The position numbers and the translations under genes are program-made. A stretch of 63,059 bases of DNA, counting the filler, from Reticulomyxa filosa (Eukaryota > Protista > Foraminifera), in NCBI GenBank assembly GCA_000512085.1. It is 22 parts of 22 records of this genome, joined end to end, with 100 filler letters (N's around TTAATTAATTAA, not from the genome) between each part and the next. Parts side by side here need not be neighbours in the genome. Positions count along the whole stretch, not along the records: positions 52,322 to 54,318 come from ASPP01019799.1; positions 54,419 to 56,345 come from ASPP01000169.1; positions 56,446 to 58,629 come from ASPP01019518.1; positions 58,730 to 60,179 come from ASPP01000930.1; positions 60,280 to 61,869 come from ASPP01020835.1; positions 61,970 to 63,059 come from ASPP01013859.1; 16 more parts are not named here. The stretch is one strand, 5' to 3'. This document shows positions 52,322-63,059 of the stretch, in pieces; the stretch's first letter is position 1, and every line of letters begins with the position of its first letter. Under the pieces are notes generated by a model. It was not told the origin of the DNA, did not search any database, and saw only the letters and a list, made by a program, of their open reading frames with translations.

Positions 52322-54270
52322 AATAATAATAATAATAATAATAATAACAAAAAGAATGAAGAAAATGTGGCAACCGAAAGTGCAAATAAGAAGAACAAGG
52401 CCGGGATAAAAGTGAAGGCATCCAAGTTATTGGAGACGATGAACGAGAGCATCGTTCGATCGCTTTTTGCGGTACTGGACAGCGAGTCAGTGCTTGCAGA
52501 AAAGGACGTGCCGGGGTCGTTTGTCATCACTTTCGAAACCATGGAGCGCGCCAAACAAGCGCTGCTGTTTAACGGCTTGTTCATTTTGGACAAACCCATT
52601 TCCGTTGAAATTATTGCCGCTGATAACGACAACCACAACGACAATGACAATGACAACGATATCGAGATTATCCGCGATGCGCACGTTGCACAAAACAACA
52701 ACGAAAAGAAGAAGTCCCAACATGATTTCTTATTCAATGACGATGCAGACAACAGTAACGACAACGAAAAGAAGAAGTCCCAACGTGATTTCTTATTCAA
52801 TGACGATACAGACAACAACAACAATAATAATAATAATATTAACAATAACAATGACAGGTTGGCTAATTGCAAGTGCACCCCCATCAAACAAACAAACAAA
52901 CAAACAACAAGCAAATACACGCATATATGTATATGTATACACATATATATATATATATTAATGTACAAATATTTGTTATTATTAAGTCTTTTGTATGTAT
53001 ATGTAATGTGCCGGGGTTTGGGGTGTTCAGACAACATCAAGTAGACGCAGCTAGAGTGCAACACCAAGCGTCACAATCGAAACCGAAAGTAGAATCGGAG
53101 GAGCACGACAAGGACGAAAAAACACAACCGAAGCAACCGAAAAAGAAAAAGAACAAAGCGAAGAAGAACAAGCACGCTAATGGCAATGACAGCGATGACG
53201 AAACGCTGGCTCGACTCGTTGAGTCAATGAACAAACTTACCAGCGCAGTCAACTCCTTCAACGAGTCGGCCAACCAGTTGAGCCAATCCGTCATGCAGTG
53301 GTCCATGCACACCAGCCAAATGCAACATCCCGCGATGCGCATGCCCAATCCTTTCCTATTGTCTTATGCTGCACCAGTTACTTTTTTTTTTTTAAAAAAA
53401 AAAAGGAGGAGGGAAACATTTTACGATTGTTGAAATCCAAAAAATATAACAACAAATAAACAAAATGATAAATAATAAATAATAAAGCCGACGACCAATG
53501 ATGGGACTGTGCACGAACTGCTTCAGCAGCAGCTGCAACAACAACAGTTGCTGCAATTACAACAAGCGCAACAACAAGCGCAGCAACAACAACAACTGCA
53601 ACATTTGCTTCAGCAATACCAACAAGTGCAACGACAAAATCAGCAACCCTTCTCCGTCGCCGCTCCTCAAGAACAAGCCCAACAACTCAAGAACATGGAC
53701 ATTTCTTTCCCGAAAAATATCCCCGAACTACTCTATCCCTCTATTCCCAAACAAAATATTATCCCATGTATCCCATTCCATTACTTTATTGTCTATTTTT
53801 AATCATATATACATATACATACACATACACATACATATATGAATAATATGTAATGTGTTTTACAACTTTGTTGTGAACACAGCGTCGCCGGTAATTGCTT
53901 CAATCCCAAACAATGGCTCTCAAAAAACAAACAATGCAAACACAAGCGAAGCCGAACATTGGGATTGGTCAGATTTCATCACTCCGTCAGCCAATCTTGG
54001 TAACAAAACAATAACAACAATAGTAATAATAACAGTATCGCAAAAGCGGAACAACAAAAACCATCCCAGTCCACTGGCAACAATCCAACCGAATCGAATT
54101 TGGAGAAGAGTCACATCAGCAAAAATATCGACGAGTCCACCCAAGCCACTTTAGAATACTTGCATGGACTTGGCTTCACAAACAGAACCTTCAACCTCAT
54201 TCTTCTCAACCAACATAAAGGAAACCTTGAACAAGTTCTTTCCGAGTTGCGAAACTTTTATAAAAAGTAA
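52322..54270 (+). CDS. RRM-containing low-complexity (Asn/Gln-rich) protein, partial
   Basis: IKVKASKLLETMNESIVRSLF..GSFVITFETMERAKQALLFNGLFILDKPISVE is an RRM-like fold; polyQ exon at 53490-53760. Confidence 0.55.
52698..52817 (+). repeat. 63-bp coding tandem duplication (2 copies)
   Basis: ACAACGAAAAGAAGAAGTCCCAAC(A/G)TGATTTCTTATTCAATGACGAT(G/A)CAGACAAC at 52698 and 52761, encoding NEKKKSQxDFLFNDDxDN. Confidence 0.9.
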
Positions 54271-54670
54271 ATGCTTGTTTGTTTTAGTATTTTGTTTCAC
54301 AAAGAATAAATATAGTAANNNNNNNNNNNNNNNNNNNNNNNNNNNNNNNNNNNNNNNNNNNNTTAATTAATTAANNNNNNNNNNNNNNNNNNNNNNNNNN
54401 NNNNNNNNNNNNNNNNNNCTTTAAACAAATCTATTATTTTTTAGTTTGTGAGTTCTATTACACTTATATGACGACAGCTAAAATCGAAGCTATACTTATA
54501 TTAAATTTCTTTGCTACAGATCGAATGCTAGATCCACCAAACAGCATACTAACAGCAACTATTTTTTTAAAACAATCAAATGTTTCAATATTTTAAATAT
54601 CAAAATCTTGAAATACAATTCAAAATATCAACAATACAGAAAATTAGCAAAAATTTAATATTTTAAAATT

Positions 54671-54910
54671 ACAAGATTAGTAGATATTTTTTTAAAAAAA
54701 TTATGTTTCAATCTTTATTTTTCATGGAGAAAATCGATTCTCTTCATATAGTGCCATTTATGTATGTCAGTTTTTTTTGCAATATACTGTATATATACAA
54801 ATATTGTAATTTTTAAATGTGAAATTAGTTTTATAATAACTTTCTTTTAAAATGGATAAAAACATATTGGAATTGATATATTAAATTACATAAGAAAAAG
54901 TTAGAACGTA
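54671..54910 (+). repeat. Dispersed non-coding repeat, copy B
   Basis: Core GAGAAAATCGATTCTCTTCATATAGTG is identical to the reverse complement of 41617-41643; the flanks are alignable. Confidence 0.8.
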
Positions 54911-55721
54911 TACAAAAACTTGCAATATGCAGAATCATTGTAGTTATACATCATACAATACATTAAGCATTATATCACATATTCTATCATTTGTGCTAAG
55001 AGTCAAGCAAAAAGAAATTAAATTATATATAAATGTATTTTTTATCTAAAAAATTTACTGAGCAATTTCTACATATTATTGTAGTAAAATCATGTAGTGC
55101 GCAATTGTGGGTTCTTTTGTTGGAAATTTAAATTATATACTATCAATAGCATGTATCCATAAGACGAAGCAGAAATTCCATATACAATGACGGACAAACA
55201 CCAATTTATTAATCGATCACAAACACAAAGTACAAAAATTCATCAATCAACAAATAGTACTATGCGTACACAAAACATATTCAGTAGAACATTATCTGAA
55301 TGAGAACAATACAATAATATAAGAGAAAACTAGTATTTAAAAATTAAGATTCTTATTCCAGATATAAATGAAAATGAATTCAATTTAGTGATTTGGTCAA
55401 AGGCATAAATTCCGATACAAAATAAAGTATTACAATAACCAGAATAATGCAACAAATACACAAAAACATAAAGTAAAATTTTCCCTCACAAACACCTTTG
55501 CAAATCAAAAAGATATTATATAAAAGATTGAGTTTATTTCTTTGATTGTTATGTCCTTCAAGATGTTTACTTTAACTTGCTATCTAAGTAAAGTGTAACT
55601 GCCTTAGTGTAAAGTATTAAGATAAAATCTATGGTCAAATACTTTCACTACATTACTTTTGCAAAATAAAAAAAGTAAAGTATTTGTAGGTTAATGCATA
55701 CTAACTACAGTAGAAGTTCCA

Positions 55722-55830
55722 CTACAAGATTCGTAGATATTTTTTTAAGACGAAAAAATTTGATTAAATATTATCTTTTCATGGAAAAAATTATCACTTT
55801 CATATGACACTGCTTTAAGTTTAATTTTCT
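55722..55830 (+). repeat. Dispersed non-coding repeat, diverged copy C
   Basis: ACAAGATTCGTAGATATTTTTTTAA..TTTTCATGGAAAAAATT..TTCATAT parallels copy B. Confidence 0.55.
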
Positions 55831-56122
55831 TTTTCATTCTATTGTAAAATATCTTTCATTTACATTATTGACGTTTAATTTTGTACAGTTTCTCTTACTT
55901 CATTACATATTAATTGTCCACAAGAATTGTGTCAATATTGATTTTGGAAATTTTAAAAAATGACCAAAACAAAATTGGTGACAAGCATAGCCTCTGAAGT
56001 AGTTCTGCAGCGCTCTAAAGTTCATTGAAACAAGTGCCCCTCTCATTGCATCAAAGTAACACTAAACTTGGTTCTAAACCAGTAAAGTAATTTAACGAAA
56101 AAACAAGACAAAACCAAAAAAT

Positions 56123-56345
56123 ATGGGCTGCGGTTCCTCGTCAGACAGCAAAGATGTTAAAGATAAGCACGTGATGGAAGAGATTGAAGAGGCGCGAATA
56201 GTTGACCGAAGTGTTCGAAAGTTGTTATTGTTGGGAGCAGGTTAAGTAAAAAAGTATACTTTTTGAACCTCACTCACATACACAAAAAAAAAAAAAAACA
56301 ATAATGTAAATCTCAAAAAAAAAAATAAGAACAAGGTGGAAGTGG
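56123..56345 (+). CDS. Heterotrimeric G-protein alpha subunit, N-terminus
   Basis: MGCGSS (myristoylation/palmitoylation motif)..VRKLLLLGA/GGSG; intron 56241-56335. Truncated by the contig end. Confidence 0.88.
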
Positions 56346-56445
56346 NNNNNNNNNNNNNNNNNNNNNNNNNNNNNNNNNNNNNNNNNNNNTTAATTAATTA
56401 ANNNNNNNNNNNNNNNNNNNNNNNNNNNNNNNNNNNNNNNNNNNN

Positions 56446-56760
56446 GGAGATATGTATTGAGATACAAGATGAAAAATGAATTTAATTTGAAAGGGAGAAT
56501 GTACCGGTGGTTAGACAGTTTCCATCTAACACTTTGAAACAGGAGTACCTCAGGGATTATTGTATCCTTTGTTATTCCTGTTGCAAATCAATGACTTGAC
56601 AAGAAGTCCAACATCAAATCCAGTGTGGAATGTTCGCAGATGATGTAGCTTTATGGACATCCATTTACAAAGAGTTGCGATGTCGGATACTTGGAGTTAT
56701 GAATTCCACTGCATATGGCACAGTGTGTTATCACAATTGCACCCATTGGAACTGCGACGG
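56446..56760 (+). mobile_element. Decayed non-LTR retrotransposon reverse transcriptase fragment
   Basis: LRYKMKNEFNLKGRMYRWLDSF, GVPQG..PLLFLLQINDL and IQCGMFADDVALW. Frameshifted and internally deleted. Confidence 0.88.
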
Positions 56761-57619
56761 ATACAGAAGAAATTAAATTGTATCACAAAAACATAATTTC
56801 AGTCAAGCATACGGATTGTGGAAATCAAATCATGATATTGAAACAGAAGAAAGATTCATTTGGCAGCTGATCTATGCTGTTGAATCAAAATTTCTGATCT
56901 TTCTTACGAACATTATTTGTAACAAGATCCAGAATAACCTTTAATACAATATATTTCTGGAACATTATCCTTATTAAATAATCTCAATATCTTATGACAA
57001 TCCATAATTGGGGAATCTCATTTGTTGAATATCGCATTGATTCAAATTTGCGATCACACTTCAATGATTACTCACATATTCCAAGTATCATTGTTTCGGT
57101 CTATGATCCATGATAATACCATTGATTGTATTCCAACGATAACAAAATTTCATCTCATTGAATATCGGCCATGAGATATAATTCAAATGGTCTGGTTCAT
57201 CACACTAAGAATTCGACATATTGCAATCCTTTTCCTTTACAATCATCTGCAACATTCCAAAATGAGATAGATTATATGTTAAACTTGGTCTGATTGGCAA
57301 CCAAAAGCCAGGGAAAAAGCCAACGCTTTAGGGAAGGGACAAAAATGTCCAAAATACAGCTCACATGGTGGCATGGCAAAATAAAAGTTCATTAACATGA
57401 GAGGAGATCGAGGGCATTCGCTCCGAAACTTTTTTTTTAAGCTTTTGCACGGGAAGGTGTCTGATTACTCCTTGCTTCGTCATTCACTAACTCCTCTACC
57501 CGAAAGTGCAAACAAAAGCAAGTTAAAGTACCTGGACCAAACTAGGTATATAAAAGAATAGTTATCCAAACAAAAAACAGTTTAAAAATGGTTACCAAAA
57601 TTTGTTAAAAATTTGTCAG

Positions 57620-58310
57620 AAAATGTTAAAAAAATATTTGACTCTTTCAATATCTTGTCTCCAATCACCAAACTTCTCAGGTTTGATGTCTTGAACTTGA
57701 AGAACGGCAACAATGTGTTGCATCTCTAAGTTCTTGATAATGTAGACATTCCGTCAGGAAATACTCACCATTTACAATCTGTGAATAAATATATCCAACT
57801 TTGCTTGTAATCACTCTACAAATATATCTGCGCTCGTGTACTTAACTCAGGTTGATCCACTTCAGCTTTAAATCTTGCCTCTTTGCACAATATCAACTCT
57901 TTCATTCCCAGGAATACCAGAGTGTCCTTTAATCCAATAGATTTCATTATCTCCCAAGTCCTTTATTAATCTTTGGCAATCAGCAATTGGATAGTTGTAT
58001 GTTTCTGTGAATCGCATTCACAGCAAATTTACAACCAGAAAGAATAACAAATCTTCTGGTAATGCTTCTGAATGTATTCCAATGTTTGTCAAATTACTTC
58101 AATCTCACTACCAATCATAATATTAATGGAAACACCAACTCAGCCATTGTGAAAAAGATGAATCTGGATCCAGCACCACCAATTCCTCTTTCATCCTTAC
58201 ATTTCTCACTTCTTGTCCTAATAATTGCCTATCATTTAACCACCACATTAATCTCCTTGTGATGATTCTTTCCATCAATTTATCACTTGATAACAATGCA
58301 ATTAGCCGAT
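57620..58310 (-). mobile_element. Decayed non-LTR retrotransposon RNase H plus C-terminal Cys-motif remnant
   Basis: GIGGAG, GSEIEVI, VILSGCKFAVNAI, IYWIKGHSGIPGNERVD, then EYFLTECLHYQELR. Confidence 0.82.
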
Positions 58311-58729
58311 GATTCTTGCACTGACTATGGTCTGTCGGGCTTGGGAATAAGCGTAAAAAAAATATCCTGGCTAGCTAAAAGCAACAGGGGGTAACAGCCT
58401 AGTGAAAGGTAGTGGCAAGAATGCCAAAATACATCTACTTATCGCGATTTAGCATCTCATTTAGATGTGAGGAAAGCACTCACGCCAGTAACGTGCGAGG
58501 AGCCGCAGCACTAAAACGACAAAAGGCTCGGAAACCGAAGGCAAGACCTGGAAAGGAAAGCCCCGAAAGACCAATCAAAGAAAAGGCCACCAAAGAAAAA
58601 GAAAATAGAAGGACTGAAAATTAAAGAATNNNNNNNNNNNNNNNNNNNNNNNNNNNNNNNNNNNNNNNNNNNNTTAATTAATTAANNNNNNNNNNNNNNN
58701 NNNNNNNNNNNNNNNNNNNNNNNNNNNNN

Positions 58730-60000
58730 TAGTCCATTGGATACAATAAAATCGAGAATACACTCACCCACATCGTTGTATTATGATTCAACCATGCAAG
58801 ATGATGTGCATTCCAATCTACTCCAATAATTTTTGCTCGAATGCTTAAATATTAAAGTGACTACACTGCAGATTTCGATAGAAACTGCAAAACAATAATG
58901 ATCAACATACCAAATACATTAAATGTATCAGGCACATTATTGAATGATCGTGGTATTGAATGTAAATCTCTTCGACATAACACTCCAGCCCTGCCTGTCT
59001 CACTCCAGTGATGAACGTATAGACTACTGATCATAGATCTGTTGCATATTGGTATTCTTAATGTTAATTTCATCTCTTGATCGATCACCAATCCCATCTG
59101 CATCAATGTTGGAATAAGGATTGTAATTGCTGGAATGCTGATTTTATCTCTGCTAATTTTCACGTTTTAGCGATAAGATTTCATCAGCATCTGATTTCTT
59201 ATTTCTCATTTGATCTTTCTTTTATTTTTCTTTTTGTTTGCCCTTTTCTTTGATTTTTGAAAACCATTATTGTTTTCATTGCCATTTGCTCTTTGACTTT
59301 TAGCATCAGTATAAGAGTAATTCTTTGCTTGCTGCTGCACATTTGATTTGATAGGAATGGTTTAAGATGCTTTTTTCTTCAGGAGTGCATCTTCATACTA
59401 AGTTTTTCTCTTGCTTTGCGAATCACTTTACATTTTGCGTTTCTTTGGACATTCACGAGCAATGTGGTCCAATCTGTAGCAGTTTTTGCTTTGCTTGAAA
59501 TGCGATTTTGGTCTAAATTTATTTTTGTCTTTCAATATCTTAATGATCACTTTGACAATCGGCATTTTTGGAATCGTTTCACCTATTGTATTTAATATAC
59601 ATAATCCTCCAATGTTTCTTTAATTTCATTTTCACTTTCGTGAATTGATACACCTCGAAGCAGGACATATCTATTAATTTCGGGATTTATCACTGCTTCT
59701 TCTCGTTTTTTCTTTTGTTCAGCAGCAAATGTTTACAATTCTTTGGTTGCTGTTATCTTTTTGTTCAATTTGCACATTTTTATAATGCCAATACTTTTCT
59801 GGACAATACATCAATGTTCTTCAATCCAAGTAACTTAATTACTGCTGTCGCTGATTTGATATGTGTGACGAGTGTTGGAACACATAAATTGCCGTCGCAC
59901 TTTCATTAAAAAAAAATAAATAAATTATATACCCCTTTCATAATCATTTTCAACTCGAAAGTTGTTTTTTGAAGGGAATTTGAGGCAACTATTGACGTTC
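58730..60000 (-). mobile_element. Decayed non-LTR retrotransposon ORF1 (zinc knuckle) and start of ORF2 AP-endonuclease
   Basis: KNCYRLDHIARECPKKRK (CCHC knuckle), GRAGVLCRRDL and IIGVDWNAHHLAW (APE GDxNAH motif). Many stops. Confidence 0.78.
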
Positions 60001-60319
60001 ATTTGAAAGATAGTTTATTGTTGTATTGCGATTGAAGGAAAATTATCAAAGAAATTTCCAGTTGGCAAATTTTTGTCCAATTGGAAAATTTGGCTGTCCA
60101 GCGTCATTTTTGGCAGACAATCATTATTTTATTGGCCTCCTCATTGGTTTTGATTGGAAGTGATTGCATTGTTGATTTGNNNNNNNNNNNNNNNNNNNNN
60201 NNNNNNNNNNNNNNNNNNNNNNNTTAATTAATTAANNNNNNNNNNNNNNNNNNNNNNNNNNNNNNNNNNNNNNNNNNNNAAAAAAAAATGGTCAGATTAA
60301 CTTTTTTTTCGCAATCGCT

Positions 60320-61869
60320 GTTCAATGCTGGATTTCCCTTTTTGTCGTCGCTTTCATCTGTTGCTATCGTTTCCGGAATCGATCGAATCTTGGAAATTAA
60401 TCTTCGTTTGGCGAAGGTACCTATTCTTTTTGAACACTACATTTCACATTCGAATCAGGTCACTCTTAATTGATATATCTTTTGACTACAAACAACAAAA
60501 AAAGAAAAAAAAAAGCAAACCTAAAAGTAGCGGTATTTGTTGATCATTAGGAACCATAAGTCTATAAAGAAGACACAAGATATCACTGTATATTTAAAAA
60601 GATTATTTATAAACAAACAAACAAACTTAACTCAATGTCAATGCTATATCGATCATTGAGGTGGCACGAACAAATATATTTGATCAATCTGGAACGATTC
60701 TTGATTGGATTGACCTTTTCTTCAAATTGCAATTGCCTTTTCCAGTTTCTATTTCTCTGGTTACAATCTTTTTGCATAGCGAAGCTGTTGTTATTGAGTT
60801 GGATGAGTGGTCCGAGAACATTCACGATAGCAGCACCAACGACGATATCACCTTTCACACGTTACCTGGACGCGGTATATTTGCAAGACGATACGAAAGC
60901 GAAAAGTTTGACCAAATCAACCTGTCACCACTCCATTGACGAAAACTGTGCAATCGTCAGGTTTAAATTGTTTCAATTTGAATGGCGTATTGGATGTTTT
61001 TGGATCGAATGGATTCACCAAAGAAATCGATACTTGAGAAATGAAGGCCCTTCGCTTGAAATGGCCACGATATACGTTAGCTTCAAAATATTTCTTTCCT
61101 CGTGTTGTGTCATTGCGTCCGTAAGTGTTCTATGTACCAACTCCAAACTGGTGATATCTCTTTCATCAATCTGTTCCTCCAATGTACTTCACCACTACTG
61201 CTTTTCCTCGAGGTAATTTCACGTAGTCTCCAATATTAAATTTGATCTTCGGTAATGGCACTTGCGGAGGTAGCGTTGTGTCATCTTCGCCATCGCTGTC
61301 GTTGTCATTGCTGCATTCAATTTGCTTTCCAACATCGCAACAAAATCCAACGCACAGTTCTGCCGATTGCATTAGAATCCCAACTATCCAACGCAATTTC
61401 ATTATTTTTTCATTGGAAAACTCCACGTCGCCAAGTTAGCGCAAGACACCTGCTTTGCCCCACAAGATTCGAACTCGATTGCTGACAACATCACCAAATT
61501 CACTTGTGAGTTGGAGGATGATATGTTCCCAAATGGTGCGGCTATTCTTTTCAATTTGATTTTTACGCAATGACCATTTGTTGACCAGCCGATGTTTGTA
61601 CTTTCAATCCATTGCAAATGTTTGAAAAGTCTGGATATTCGTTTATTTCCTCGGCTAACTCTTTGCTCACAGGGTCCTATTTCAAGTTTCAATATTATAT
61701 TGATCACTGAACGTCGACGAGCAAAGTACGTACGGTTTTTCGCACAATGTATTGAAATACACAACTATGGCAACACAAAGTAAGGATAGTGAACTTGTAC
61801 GTCTTGACTTCTATCATGACCATTGTCCACCAATTGATTTCCAATATTTCTTCGCTGCGACTAAAGTCA
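60320..61869 (-). pseudogene. Multi-CAP-Gly repeat protein pseudogene
   Basis: FNIGDYVKLPRGKAVVVKYIG..GRNDTTRGKKYFEA..RGHF, EFSNEKI..IALDSWDSNA, YFARRRSVINII, LIKYIC..IDIE and GTFAKRRLISKI give about 4 degenerate repeats with stops and frameshifts. Confidence 0.6.
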
Positions 61870-62115
61870 NNNNNNNNNNNNNNNNNNNNNNNNNNNNNNN
61901 NNNNNNNNNNNNNTTAATTAATTAANNNNNNNNNNNNNNNNNNNNNNNNNNNNNNNNNNNNNNNNNNNNAAAAAAAAAAAAAAAAAAAAAAGAACCAAAA
62001 AAAAAAAAAATTTTTTTTAAAAAGTTGTTTCCATCCACTCACAAAAAAAAAAAAAAAACTCACTAATTTGTGTATGTGGTGTGTATGACACCTGTTGTCA
62101 CTCAGCTGAACTTAG

Positions 62116-63026
62116 GAAGAAGACAATTTGGACATTGCTTTGGGACTGAGACGGGTGGCTTGTTGGTATTTGGAAGCAACGAGATAGAGCTGCTGTTAAA
62201 CTACTTTGACGTACATGTGCGATGGATACCACTGTTGAATTACTTCAACCCTCATGGATGGTACAAAGTGAAGACAGTTGGGTTTCGCATAGAGAAAATC
62301 GGCGCTGATGCGACAACCAGTGCTGGTGACAATGGTCAAGACATACAAAATAGCTCGTCGCTCATACCTTATAATGAAAACTTGGACGTCGGCTATCATG
62401 GCACCGTGTTGGACACCGGCTCGTCGACTTTGTCAATGCCTCGAAAAACTGCGAATGAGCTCGTGGAAAGCATAATGCAATATTCCGGATACAGTTATTA
62501 CGAGGACAAAGACAAGGTGTATGACTACTGCTTGAGAAGCAAAAGTGGCCAAATCGAATACACCGAAAGCGATTGGAAATATTTTTTGCAACACGAAATC
62601 ATGAAATTTCCTTTGCTATTCATGCTTTGGGAAGGGGGGGAACAAAGGACATCTATGGACCCCTTTTTCCAACTCGAAAAAGCCAAAAAGAAATTTTTTC
62701 AGCAAAGAAAAGGAAAAAGAAGAATGGCCACACAACAACAACAACAGCAAGAGATTGACTCCGAAACAAACAACAACGGTCGCTTGGAAATACGTATACC
62801 TCCATCTCAGTACTTATTCCACAAACATCACAAAATTTGTATCGATCTCTTTGGTGACACGCCTTCCATTTTGGTCGGCTCCAACGTTATGGCGGACAAA
62901 TTTTTTATTTATGATCGTGACACTATGCGTCTCGGTGTGGCTGATTTCCCTTGCGATGAGCTTGTTTACAAAGCTGATGCCATTGCTTTATCATACAGTC
63001 AACAATTTCAAAGTGGAACTGATCAA
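62116..63026 (+). CDS. Pepsin-like (A1) aspartic protease, C-terminal lobe exon
   Basis: Open frame absent from the ORF track (no stop before the window end): FGHCFG..GGLLVFG, WYKV, TVLDTGSSTLSMP, IPPSQYL, ILVGSNVM..FFIYDRDTMRLGVADFPC. Confidence 0.88.
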
Positions 63027-63059
63027 GTTTGTTTGCTTGGCTTTTTTTTTTTTTTTTTT

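Noticed and set aside
57441-57519. Hammerhead ribozyme or SECIS element
   Set aside because: CTGATTA does not match the CUGANGA core and the stems do not fit hammerhead topology. No SECIS quartet geometry or linked selenoprotein.
3596-61969. Regularly recurring TTAATTAATTAA flanked by Ns as a biological repeat or CRISPR-like array
   Set aside because: Fixed 100-nt artificial concatenation linker. Cross-contig gene neighbourhoods are therefore meaningless.

Overview
This is not one locus. It is 22 short eukaryotic contigs joined by 21 artificial 100-nt linkers (N44-TTAATTAATTAA-N44), so gene neighbourhood only means something within a contig. The DNA is AT-rich and intron-rich, with homopolymer- and microsatellite-laden introns, expanded Kelch/WD40/CAP-Gly families and many decayed gene copies. 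That pattern points to a rhizarian (foraminiferan, Reticulomyxa-like) draft genome; this is inference. Recognisable, mostly partial genes: CHID1-like GH18 protein, STE20/MST kinase, NOL1/NOP2/Sun methyltransferase, probable mL59, a Dug2-like WD40+SAM+M20 protein, a single-pass membrane protein, PhyH-like dioxygenase, REJ/GPS protein, mitochondrial carrier, degenerate RelA/SpoT-like domain protein, ALKBH5-like dioxygenase, ZMYND12, GT61, RED/IK, Kelch proteins, TM-CAP-Gly protein, p115/USO1, an RRM protein, G-alpha and an A1 aspartic protease. There are also HSP90, WD40, Kelch and CAP-Gly pseudogenes, decayed non-LTR retrotransposon pieces and a dispersed non-coding repeat. Best leads: (1) a Dug2-like protein in a non-fungal lineage with an inserted SAM domain and lost catalytic residues; (2) a ~30-aa helical box shared by the C-terminus of a Kelch protein and the N-terminus of a WD40 protein, a candidate lineage-specific cullin-adaptor box; (3) atypical splice signals (GTT donors, A-rich acceptors); (4) a membrane adaptor-like protein with four repeated tyrosine motifs; (5) a degenerate RelA/SpoT-like nucleotidyltransferase. 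All family assignments come from motif recognition by eye; no searches were run.
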